Positions 50,820 through 59,110 of a stretch of DNA of 64,000 nt are shown piece after piece. Position numbers and translations under genes: made by a program. Location: contig DATDGF010000089.1 of the NCBI GenBank assembly GCA_036522195.1, positions 13,673 through 77,672 of the forward strand. Reading direction: 5' to 3'. The DNA comes from Candidatus Acidiferrum sp. Lineage in GTDB: Bacteria > Acidobacteriota > Terriglobia > Acidiferrales > UBA7541. How positions within the stretch are numbered: position 1 is the stretch's first letter; each line of letters begins with the position of its first letter. The notes under the pieces are model-generated. The model worked only from the letters and a program-made list of their open reading frames with translations, did no database searches and was not told the origin of the DNA.

Positions 50820-51713
50820 CTAGGCTTTCTCTTCTGCCGCACTTTCTTGCGTGTAATTGTAAACACCGCGTCCGGTCTTTCGGCCTAGGCGACCTTCCTG
50901 AACGTATCGGCGCAACAAGGAATTGGGCCGGTATTTTTCGCCGAGGGTGCGCTGCAGATATTCAAGAATATTCAGGCGGACATCGAGGCCAACGAGATCA
51001 ACAAGTTCGAACGGTCCCATGGGATGGCTCAGTCCCAGCTTCAGCGCTTTGTCGATGTCCCTTGCCGAAGCGACGCCTGCTTCGAGCATATCGAAGGCTT
51101 CGTTACCGATGAGCGCGTTGACGCGCGTAGTGATGAAACCGGGCGATTCGTTGACCAGAACTACTTCTTTGCCCATGCGGCCCGCGACCTCTCGGCAAGT
51201 GGCGACTGTTTCATCGGATGTATGCGGCGTCCGCACGAGTTCGATGAGCTTCATTTTCGGAATGGGGTTGAAGAAATGCATGCCTACACAGCGATCACGC
51301 GAAACAGTGACGTCGGTGAAATCCGTGATCGAAAGAGAAGAAGTATTGCTCGCGAAAATCGCTCCCGTCTTGGCGAACTTGTCGAAGATGGTGAAGAGTT
51401 CGAGCTTCATTTCCAATTCTTCCGGGACGGCTTCGATGATGAGATCTGCCTCGCGGATGGCATCCTCGACGTTGCTGGCGGTGGAAATCAAGGCGAGTGC
51501 TTTGTCGTGCGCCGCGGCCTCCACTTTTCCGCGCGTAACGCCTTCCTCGAAGGCTTGCCGGATCCAGCTGACCGCTTGCTCCAGCCTGGGCCGTGAAACA
51601 TCCTCCAGGACGGTTAGGTAGCCGCCGAACGCAGCCGCGTACGCGATTCCTCGCCCCATCGTTCCGGCGCCAATCACCGCGATGGTCTTTACATCCAACC
51701 TTTGATCTCCCAT
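50820..51713 (-). CDS. 3-hydroxyacyl-CoA dehydrogenase (Hbd/PaaH-like)
   Basis: GAGTMGRG, IEAVPE, SNTSSL, GMHFFNP, HPMGPFEL, GRLGRKTGRG. Confidence 0.93.
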   Translation of the reverse strand: MGDQRLDVKTIAVIGAGTMGRGIAYAAAFGGYLTVLEDVSRPRLEQAVSWIRQAFEEGVTRGKVEAAAHDKALALISTASNVEDAIREADLIIEAVPEELEMKLELFTIFDKFAKTGAIFASNTSSLSITDFTDVTVSRDRCVGMHFFNPIPKMKLIELVRTPHTSDETVATCREVAGRMGKEVVLVNESPGFITTRVNALIGNEAFDMLEAGVASARDIDKALKLGLSHPMGPFELVDLVGLDVRLNILEYLQRTLGEKYRPNSLLRRYVQEGRLGRKTGRGVYNYTQESAAEEKA

Positions 51714-51723
51714 CGGAGAATCA

Positions 51724-52077
51724 TCACTTCACCAGTTTCTTGAAGGCTTCCTCATCAAAACCAAGCACCATTTCCGATCCACGCAGCACCACAGGCCTGC
51801 GGATGAGATTCGGATTCTTGGCCAAGAGCTTGATCGCTTCCGCGCGCGCAGGTGGATGCTCTTTCATATTTCGGGCGCGATAGAGCTCATTTCGCGTATT
51901 CAGAAACTCCTTATAATCGCGGGTTCCCATCAGTTCATCGAGTTCGGCTTCGGAAAGCCGCTCTTTGTCCAAATCGCGCGATTCAAGTTCGGCGCCAAGT
52001 TCCAGCAAGAGACCTCTTGCCTTGCGGCACGTGGTTCACGTCGGCTTCTGGAGAAACTTGATCTTCGCCTTTGGCAA
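51724..52077 (-). CDS. ArsC/Spx/YffB-fold protein, probable selenoprotein (U-x-x-C, Sec14)
   Basis: AAGGAG RBS, TTG start; MPKAKIKFLQKPT-[TGA 52038-52036]-TTCRKARGLL..NPNLIRRPVV..VLGFDE; SECIS-like hairpin follows. Confidence 0.88.
52000..52035 (-). promoter_or_regulatory. Bacterial SECIS element
   Basis: Minus strand after UGA: ACCACGUGCCGCAAG-GCAAG-AGGUCU-CUUGC; apical AGGUCU as in E. coli fdhF SECIS. Confidence 0.8.
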
Positions 52078-52138
52078 GCCATCTCCTTCGATGTAGAAGC
52101 ACGCCGTCTCGAGGGCGCCCTCACGAAAAATACTGCGT

Positions 52139-52462
52139 CTAATACCGTGGAACTTTGGGATCGATCTCCAGGGACCAGCGCTCGATTCCGCCAGCCAGAG
52201 ATTTCGCCTTTTCGATGCCCTGAAAGCGCAGCCACGCCGCTGCATCCAGGCTGCGCATGCCATGGTGGCAATAGCAAATCAGTTCGTCGACATCCGGAAG
52301 CATCTGTAAGTTGGCCGCCAGCGACCCCAGCGGAACTAGTTTCGCGCCCTCGATACTGCAGAGCTGGTGCTCCCAGGGTTCGCGCACATCAATAAGAACC
52401 AGCTTTTCGCCGCGGTCGAGCCGCGCCTTCATATCTGCTGGCGTTATCTCCAGTTCATCCAT
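52139..52462 (-). CDS. Rhodanese-like domain protein
   Basis: LIDVREPWE, CYCHHGMRS, LAGGIERW. Confidence 0.9.
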   Translation of the reverse strand: MDELEITPADMKARLDRGEKLVLIDVREPWEHQLCSIEGAKLVPLGSLAANLQMLPDVDELICYCHHGMRSLDAAAWLRFQGIEKAKSLAGGIERWSLEIDPKVPRY

Positions 52463-53233
52463 CTATCTTCCCTTCCAGATTGGTTGGCGCTTTTCCAGAA
52501 ATGCGCGGACGCCTTCTTGTGCGTCGTGGGTCTTCATCAGCCCGGATAAGTATACGCGTTCTACTTCCTGGAGTTGTTTCTCAAAGTCAATGACATGCAG
52601 CCGCCACAAGGTTTTCCTCGTCAAGTGAAGAACCGCTGGGCTCAACGCGCCTAATTCCACAAGGAGACCGTCCAATGCGGCGCGAAGCTCGTGATCGGCA
52701 ACGACACGCGTGATCAGGCCGAGACGGTGCGCCTCGCCGGCACTGATTTGCTGGCCCGTCAGAAGGAGATGTGTGGCCGCGCGCATGCCAATGAGCTTCG
52801 GCAGTGTCACCATTGCGATGGGTGGGAAGCAACCTAACTTGATTTCCGGTTGTCCAAACTGCGCGGACTCTGTGGCCAGCACAAAATCGCAGAAGGTGGC
52901 CAGCTCCATGCCCCCGCCGAGGCAATATCCGTGTACGGCGGCGATTTTCAAGCAGCCGGCTTCGGCAAGGCGGCGAAACACCGCGTGAAACGCGGACAAC
53001 ATTTTCTCGACGCGCTCAGGAGCGTGGTCTGCAATCTCCGCTCCGGCGGAAAAGGCTTTAGGACCTGCACCTTGAAACACAACGAAATCACAGTTGGGTA
53101 TCGCGCGCTCCAGAGCCGTATCCAGCGCTTCCATCATCGGAATGTCCAGAATATTAAGCGGCGGTCGGGCAAGCGTAACCCACGCCGTGCGATCATCAAG
53201 TAGAAGTTCAACGGTTTCTTGCGGGTTGGTCAC
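52463..53233 (-). CDS. Enoyl-CoA hydratase/isomerase (Dch-like crotonase)
   Basis: AFSAGAEI, HGYCLGGGMELA, FGQPEIKLGCFP. Confidence 0.85.
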   Translation of the reverse strand: MTNPQETVELLLDDRTAWVTLARPPLNILDIPMMEALDTALERAIPNCDFVVFQGAGPKAFSAGAEIADHAPERVEKMLSAFHAVFRRLAEAGCLKIAAVHGYCLGGGMELATFCDFVLATESAQFGQPEIKLGCFPPIAMVTLPKLIGMRAATHLLLTGQQISAGEAHRLGLITRVVADHELRAALDGLLVELGALSPAVLHLTRKTLWRLHVIDFEKQLQEVERVYLSGLMKTHDAQEGVRAFLEKRQPIWKGR

Positions 53234-53260
53234 AATCGTTGGGCACTTCTATGGAGAATG

Positions 53261-54076
53261 CTATTTCCCCTCAAACTTCGGAGCGCGCCGCTCGAAAAAC
53301 GCGCGAATCCCCTCGTTACAATCTTCGGAGAGATAGCAGCGAATCTGTTCCTGAACTTCTTTCTCGAGGGCCCGCGAGAGCTCCTTCGCCTCACTGCCAA
53401 ACAGCGCCTTCTTCACCGCGCGGATCGGGAGCGAAGGACCGTGCGCGATTTTCTCCGCTAGCGTCTTCACTTCCGCTTCGAGCCGTGTCGAAGGGACGAC
53501 GTGATTTACGATTCCCATGGCCAGCGCGGTTTTCGCGTCAATCATGTCGCCGGTGTAAAAAAGTTCGGCCGCTCTCGAAGGGCCTATGAGTTGCGGCAAG
53601 AAATGAGTCCCGCCGAAATCTGGAAACAGGCCGACTTTTGCAAAATTCTGTCCAAACGTCGCTTCTTCCGCGGCGATGCGAATGTCCGCGGCCAACGCGA
53701 TATTCATGCCCGCGCCCGCCGCCGCCCCATTTACCGCTGCAATTACCGGCTGCGGCATCGTGCGCATGTTCAACACCAATTGCATTCCTGCGCGAAGCAG
53801 CGGTTCCAAGTCCTTCATCGTGCCACTCTGGTGGCCCTTGCCCAGCGTCGCGAGATCCCCTCCCGCGCAAAAAGCGCGGCCCGCTCCGGTGATCACCACC
53901 ACGCGAACGGCGCTATCCGCCGCGAGACGCCCGAGGGCCTCGTTGAGGGCGATGCCAAGTTCATTGTTCAAGGCATTCAACCGGTCGGGGCGGTTCAGCA
54001 CCAGCGTGGCGATGCCTCCGTGCTTCTGTTCCAGAACTACAGGTCCTTCTTGCGCGGATTGTGTGGCGTTACTCAT
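53261..54076 (-). CDS. Enoyl-CoA hydratase/isomerase (PaaG-like)
   Basis: RAFCAGGDL, VNGAAAGAGMNIALAAD, VGLFPDFGG. Confidence 0.88.
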   Translation of the reverse strand: MSNATQSAQEGPVVLEQKHGGIATLVLNRPDRLNALNNELGIALNEALGRLAADSAVRVVVITGAGRAFCAGGDLATLGKGHQSGTMKDLEPLLRAGMQLVLNMRTMPQPVIAAVNGAAAGAGMNIALAADIRIAAEEATFGQNFAKVGLFPDFGGTHFLPQLIGPSRAAELFYTGDMIDAKTALAMGIVNHVVPSTRLEAEVKTLAEKIAHGPSLPIRAVKKALFGSEAKELSRALEKEVQEQIRCYLSEDCNEGIRAFFERRAPKFEGK

Positions 54077-54088
54077 GGTTCATCAGTC

Positions 54089-54619
54089 CTAGCGGCCCTT
54101 AATTTCCCGATCTTTCTCGATGCGTGTGACGAGTTGGGCGAGCTTTCGAAAATGCCGCAACTTCTCGCTCCTGCCTTGGGCGTTTGAACCGCTGGTGGAA
54201 GGCAGGACGTAGACGCGCGCGCCATAGAGCAGCTCTTTCTGCATTCCATACTTGCATTTGCGCTGGGAAAACTGCTCGTAGGTCAGCTTGCCGTTGAAGG
54301 CCACCACGTGAGGAGCAAATTCTTCGAGCTTCTGTGAAAGTACAATGCGCCCTTCCGCATAGTCTTCTCGTTTGAGCTCTTCGATGCCTTTGGTGGGGCG
54401 CTTCACCAAATCGGTGAGTCCGATTCCGAATTCGATGACGCGCTTGTCGTCGTGATAATCGAATGGCTCCGGCACCACTCCGCCCTCATAAAGCATCGGC
54501 CAGAACTGGTTCGCGCGTCCTGCATAATAATGGCCCACGCGCACCGAGGACTCGCTCGGATTGCAACCGACGATCACCAGTTTCATGCCTTTGCGGAGAT
54601 GATCTGGAAGAGTTCGCAT
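54089..54619 (-). CDS. mug: Mismatch-specific uracil/thymine DNA glycosylase
   Basis: IVGCNP, GHYYAGRANQFW, GIGLTDLVKR, LPSTSGSN. Confidence 0.92.
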   Translation of the reverse strand: MRTLPDHLRKGMKLVIVGCNPSESSVRVGHYYAGRANQFWPMLYEGGVVPEPFDYHDDKRVIEFGIGLTDLVKRPTKGIEELKREDYAEGRIVLSQKLEEFAPHVVAFNGKLTYEQFSQRKCKYGMQKELLYGARVYVLPSTSGSNAQGRSEKLRHFRKLAQLVTRIEKDREIKGR

Positions 54620-54955
54620 TACCTCAGCTTACTACGCCTTTCCGTTTGCGCTGCTTTCCCTTGGTGCGGCCCGCGCGCTTTCAGCATCGGCCGCGAGGAT
54701 TTTTCTGGTGTCTTCGCCGGTAGTAGGCCGGCAATCGGACCAACTCATTATCCCGCAAAGACTTACGAAGGCAAGCCTTCCGGTGGGAGCCGGCGCGGGA
54801 TGGCCTTCGGTTCGAGACTTTAGGTGGCCAGAAAACCGTTGTCAAGACCCTGCATCCCAAGTCTGTAACTCAATTCATTTTTCTGAATCTGACAGTCGGC
54901 ATCGTCATCCAAACAGGGGGACGTCTGAGGTGTAGCGGTGCTCTGTGGTACCTTT

Positions 54956-55627
54956 ATGGCTGCGAAAGCGAGGCAGTGGCCCTTCCTGGACCCCTATCAT
55001 CCGTTGAACGCACCGAACCCTCATCGCTTGCCTTCCACCGTTGCACGGGAGGATGAACACCTGCTTGTGGCTGCAGCCAAGCGGGGCGAAACGGCTGCGT
55101 TTGAAGAGCTTGTAAGCCGCTACGAGAAAAAGATCTTTCGCCTGACGATGAACATCACCCGCAATCGCGAGGATGCGGAAGACGCCATGCAGGATGCGTT
55201 TCTCAAGTCCTACGCGCACTTGAAGGATTTTCAGGAAGATTCGCGTTTCTATACCTGGCTGGTGCGCATCGCCGCGAATGAAGCGCTGATGCGCCTGCGC
55301 AAGCGCCGTCCCAACCAGTTCTCTCTGGATGAGCCGATCGAAGGCGATGACGACCTGATGCCGCGGGAGCTCGAAGACTGGGGTCCAAGCCCGGAGCAGC
55401 GATTCGCGCAAACCGAAATGCACGAAATCTTGTCCGAGGTTATCGACAAGCTGGAACCCGATTTTCGGGTTGTTTTCGTTTTGCGCGACGTGGAAGAACT
55501 TTCCACCGAGGAAACCGCCAAGACTCTCGGCATCTCAGTATCGGCGGTAAAATCGAGGCTCTTGCGCGCGCGGCTCAAACTCCGGCAAAGACTGGATCGT
55601 TATTTTCGGCAGGGTGGAACCAATTGA
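54956..55627 (+). CDS. ECF sigma-70 factor
   Basis: AFEELVSRY, DAEDAMQDAF, FYTWLVRIAAN, VSAVKSRLLRAR. Confidence 0.93.
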   Translation: MAAKARQWPFLDPYHPLNAPNPHRLPSTVAREDEHLLVAAAKRGETAAFEELVSRYEKKIFRLTMNITRNREDAEDAMQDAFLKSYAHLKDFQEDSRFYTWLVRIAANEALMRLRKRRPNQFSLDEPIEGDDDLMPRELEDWGPSPEQRFAQTEMHEILSEVIDKLEPDFRVVFVLRDVEELSTEETAKTLGISVSAVKSRLLRARLKLRQRLDRYFRQGGTN

Positions 55628-55863
55628 ACTGCAAAAGCGTTATCAGCGAACTCTCGAACTATCTCGACGGTGAACTCGAGGTGGCGGCGAAGCAGGAACT
55701 CGAACAGCACCTCGTGGATTGCGAAGAATGCAAGATGGTAGTCGATCAGACGAAACTGACGGTGGATATCTTCTGCGATTCCGAACTGGTCGCGCTTCCC
55801 CCTGATGTGCAAACCCGGCTGCACGAAGCCTTGCGCCGCAAGTTTAGCGAAAAACAAACTTAG
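55624..55863 (+). CDS. Small soluble zinc anti-sigma (zf-HC2/ZAS)
   Basis: MNC..YLDGEL..HLVDCEEC (HxxxCxxC); no TM; 4-nt overlap with the sigma gene. Confidence 0.88.
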   Translation: MNCKSVISELSNYLDGELEVAAKQELEQHLVDCEECKMVVDQTKLTVDIFCDSELVALPPDVQTRLHEALRRKFSEKQT

Positions 55864-55872
55864 ATTTCGCTT

Positions 55873-56853
55873 TCAGCCTTTAGACATGTTCGCCCAAAGC
55901 GGCAGTTCTCTTCCCAGCCTTTTCTCTTTCGCCAGCGCAAAAACTTTCATCGCCAGGGCCAGATCCCACGACGCAATTCCGTTGGATTTAAAAAGGGTTA
56001 CTTCCGTGTCGCTAGTCCGCCCGCTCACTTTTCCCGCGACAACTTCGGAGAGCTTTTTCACGCCGGTCCAGCAAATCTCGTCTCCATGGAACGCGATGAT
56101 CAGGTCTCCCGCTTCCTGCCGGGACTGCTCGACAGAATCGACCACGATCACGTCTGCGCTGGCGACCGCCTCATCATCGAGCTCGCGCTTGTGCGCATGA
56201 TTCGCGCCAATCGCGTTGATATGGGCGCCCGGCGCCAGATCCGCCCCGCTCACCACCGGCTGCGAAGCGGTTGTTGCTGTGGACACAATATCCGCTCCGC
56301 GAACCGCTTCTCCCGAGGAAAGACAGGGGAGCACGGGAATGCCAAGCCGTTCCGACATTTCGGAGCTGAATTTCTCGCGCTTGGCGGCGTCGCGTCCATA
56401 GGCACGAATCGTTTCCAGGTTGCGGACAGCGGCCACCGCTTCGAGCTGCGTCCGCGCCTGGCCGCCTGTGCCGATGATTGCTGCGACCCGCGCGTCTTTG
56501 CGCGCCAGATATTTCGTAGCCACTCCAGACGCTGCGCCGGTGCGCAACTGACCCATGTAATCGGCTTCGATCAAGGCGAGCAATTCCCCGGTGGTCATCT
56601 CGTAGAGAGGAACCAGAAAGCGAAGCTTACCGCGAACATAGGTGTACTGTTTCATGGCCACGAAGCCCTGTGCGTAGTCCGCCGCGGCCATGTAATGAAA
56701 AAAGCCTCCGCCGGGCAATTCGAATCGCCGCCGCGGGTGCACCACCACTTCTCCACTGGCCTGCTTGCGCGAAATTTCCTCGACGGCCTCCACCGCCAGC
56801 GGCATGGTCAGCACTTCACGCACTTCGGCTTCGCTGATGTGCAGCGTCATCAT
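55873..56853 (-). CDS. Ornithine cyclodeaminase / mu-crystallin family protein
   Basis: RTGAASGVA, IIGTGGQA, GAHINAIGA, FKSNGIASWD. Confidence 0.9.
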   Translation of the reverse strand: MMTLHISEAEVREVLTMPLAVEAVEEISRKQASGEVVVHPRRRFELPGGGFFHYMAAADYAQGFVAMKQYTYVRGKLRFLVPLYEMTTGELLALIEADYMGQLRTGAASGVATKYLARKDARVAAIIGTGGQARTQLEAVAAVRNLETIRAYGRDAAKREKFSSEMSERLGIPVLPCLSSGEAVRGADIVSTATTASQPVVSGADLAPGAHINAIGANHAHKRELDDEAVASADVIVVDSVEQSRQEAGDLIIAFHGDEICWTGVKKLSEVVAGKVSGRTSDTEVTLFKSNGIASWDLALAMKVFALAKEKRLGRELPLWANMSKG

Positions 56854-56962
56854 TCGAATCTCCGCCTTGGTCCCTTGCTGGAATGTCTGCGAGGGGAATC
56901 TCGATGCTCAGGAATCCACATCACCACGGTGCCCGCTAATCCAGATCGTTTGAGCCATCAAA

Positions 56963-58030
56963 CTACTTGGTCGCTGGTTTAACCGGCTTCGTCGAACCAC
57001 GCTTGGCGCCGGCCTCGCCTCCCTCACGAACCCGGCGGACGACCGTCTGGTTCAAACGATAGGCGCGTTCTTCTTTGTTGCCATCAAGCACGCGGAATCG
57101 AAATTCCGGCTCGCCCTTCGGCCCTTTGCCAACGCGCACCGGCATCTGGCCGCAAAGATTATTTTCAAGGTACGCGGTCTCATAGCGATCTTTCTTCGCA
57201 TACCAGGTGTACACGCGAAGCGCCGCGAAGTCGCACGCCTGACCTTCCGGCCCGCGCGCCGCGGCAAGAAGATATTGTGGCTTGTCGTCGGGAGGAACAC
57301 CGATGCGGTTAAGCTCGAACCACGCGATGGGGCGCAGGTTGGCGGAAGCAGCTCCTTCACGAACCGGATCAGGAAGGTCGAGTTCGACGAATCGTGCGAT
57401 CACCCAGCCTGCGATGGGCACAGTTTGATCGCCAGGTTGCGTCGTTGCATTGGATTCAGCGGCGCGCGCCGCGTTTTCACCCGGCGGCCGGGTGGCCAAT
57501 CCCCTAACCAGGAACCAATCTTCTCTCTTTGTTTCCCCCACATCGTTGGACGAATCCTTTTCATCCGTGCCCTGCGCCCACTCGGCCGTGGAGCGCCCGA
57601 CGATTTCAACGGGAACACCGCGGCCAAACTGGTAGAGGCGTGACGCGGTCCGGCCAGGTTCGACACGAAGATTCGTGGAGACTTTTGTGCGTCCCCGTGC
57701 CTGCACCGGCATCGCGCGCACCTGGGTTAGGAGCTTGATGCTGCGCTGCCAGAGCGCGGGGTCCATCAGAAAGCGGGCGTCGACCCATCCGACAGCGCCG
57801 GCATCCGTCCGGACTTCCACGTTGTCATTGCGGCGGGCAATGATGGAAACGCGATCGCCATAATGCAGAGTTGCAAGCGGCTCGCGTACCTGCGCAACCC
57901 GGCCCCACAGCGTGACGCTCCGTTCGCTGATAAAGGCCTCGCCTCGCGTTTCGTGCTTGGGCCGGAATATCCAAGCCAGCAGTACTACGAGGCCAAGCAG
58001 CGGCACTGCAATGAGGAGCTTTCTTTTCAT
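56963..58030 (-). CDS. Membrane-anchored SH3-domain protein
   Basis: N-terminal anchor; two SH3b-like segments (GDRVSII..GWV; NLRVEPG..GWV). Confidence 0.75.
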   Translation of the reverse strand: MKRKLLIAVPLLGLVVLLAWIFRPKHETRGEAFISERSVTLWGRVAQVREPLATLHYGDRVSIIARRNDNVEVRTDAGAVGWVDARFLMDPALWQRSIKLLTQVRAMPVQARGRTKVSTNLRVEPGRTASRLYQFGRGVPVEIVGRSTAEWAQGTDEKDSSNDVGETKREDWFLVRGLATRPPGENAARAAESNATTQPGDQTVPIAGWVIARFVELDLPDPVREGAASANLRPIAWFELNRIGVPPDDKPQYLLAAARGPEGQACDFAALRVYTWYAKKDRYETAYLENNLCGQMPVRVGKGPKGEPEFRFRVLDGNKEERAYRLNQTVVRRVREGGEAGAKRGSTKPVKPATK

Positions 58031-58211
58031 GTGCCGCGGGCCACACTAGCCGTCTCAACCGTCGTCATCATTTCCCGTTTGTCTTTCAAGGTTCTCTAAA
58101 GATTGTACCTGAAAGTTTGGCGCCGCCGGGCGCGGCAGTGAGCTGTTTGCTTTTCTGCTAGAATGCCGCAGCAATCAGAAACAATTTTTGGACAAACTGC
58201 GGAGGATTTTC

Positions 58212-58649
58212 ATGAGGTCTCTCAATTCCCTCCAGCCGCTGGGCCTACTGGTCCTTCGCCTGGCTCTGGGGCTCATTTTCTTTTCGCACGGCTATCCCAA
58301 ACTGGCGCACCAGGGCGGCGGTATGGAGGGCTTTTTCGTCCAGCACGGACTCCCGGGATATTTTGTTTACATTTCGGGCGTATTAGAGGTTTTCGGAGGC
58401 ATGCTGCTGGTGCTGGGCCTTTTCACGCGAGGCGCGGCCCTCTTGCTGGCCATCGAAATGGGCGTGGCCATCTGGAAAGTGCACAGCAGCGCAGGCTATC
58501 TGGCTGTTCACAATTACGAATTCCCCATGATGTTGTTGACAGCATGCTTCGCGCTCGCGACCGTTGGAGCAGGAACTATCTCGCTGGATTACCCGCTCTT
58601 TGAAAGCGCCAAGGGTGGCAGATCAAGTCCGCCGAAGCCAAAAAAGTGA
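58212..58649 (+). CDS. DoxX family membrane protein
   Basis: LRLALGLIFFSHG.K, LEVFGG.LL.LGLFTR, YEFP; GGAGG RBS. Confidence 0.9.
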   Translation: MRSLNSLQPLGLLVLRLALGLIFFSHGYPKLAHQGGGMEGFFVQHGLPGYFVYISGVLEVFGGMLLVLGLFTRGAALLLAIEMGVAIWKVHSSAGYLAVHNYEFPMMLLTACFALATVGAGTISLDYPLFESAKGGRSSPPKPKK

Positions 58650-58676
58650 CTGCTCCCGGCCATCGAGAAAAGGAAC

Positions 58677-59009
58677 TTAGTACCTCGCCGGCGCTGACGT
58701 CGATGCCACTCCCGTCAACCCCTCAGGCACCGCGATCCACAGGATAATGTAAGCAAGAATGTTCGGTCCGGGAATCAGTGTTGCCACCAGCCAGATCACC
58801 CGGACGATCGTTGGATCCAGATCGAAATAGTCTGCTATGCCGGCGCAAACACCTGCTATTTTTCTGTTGTTCGTAGAGCGTACCAGTCTCTTCTCTGGTC
58901 CGTAGCGAGGAGGAGCGCCGCTAGCAGCTGTTTCCGGCTGCTTTGCGCCGCAGTTGTAGCAGAACTTGGAACCCGCCGCGATATCTTTTTGGCAGTTCGG
59001 ACAATTCAT
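58677..59009 (-). CDS. Zinc-ribbon + PspC domain protein
   Basis: CPNC..CYNC; LVRS..RKIAGVCAGIADYFDLDPTIVR. Confidence 0.9.
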   Translation of the reverse strand: MNCPNCQKDIAAGSKFCYNCGAKQPETAASGAPPRYGPEKRLVRSTNNRKIAGVCAGIADYFDLDPTIVRVIWLVATLIPGPNILAYIILWIAVPEGLTGVASTSAPARY

Positions 59010-59110
59010 TGGACCACCCCCACGGAGCAGCTCCATCATGCTCCTCTACTTATGGATACGAGCAAACCCTGAAAAAAGTTTCCCGATTCGGCAGTCTAAA
59101 CCCAATGGGC

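Noticed and set aside
51724-52008. 94-aa ORF-track call for the ArsC-like gene
   Set aside because: It lacks the active-site motif and RBS; the upstream in-frame segment across the TGA completes the family N-terminus.
54633-54749. 38-aa minus-strand ORF upstream of mug
   Set aside because: No homology cue or convincing RBS.
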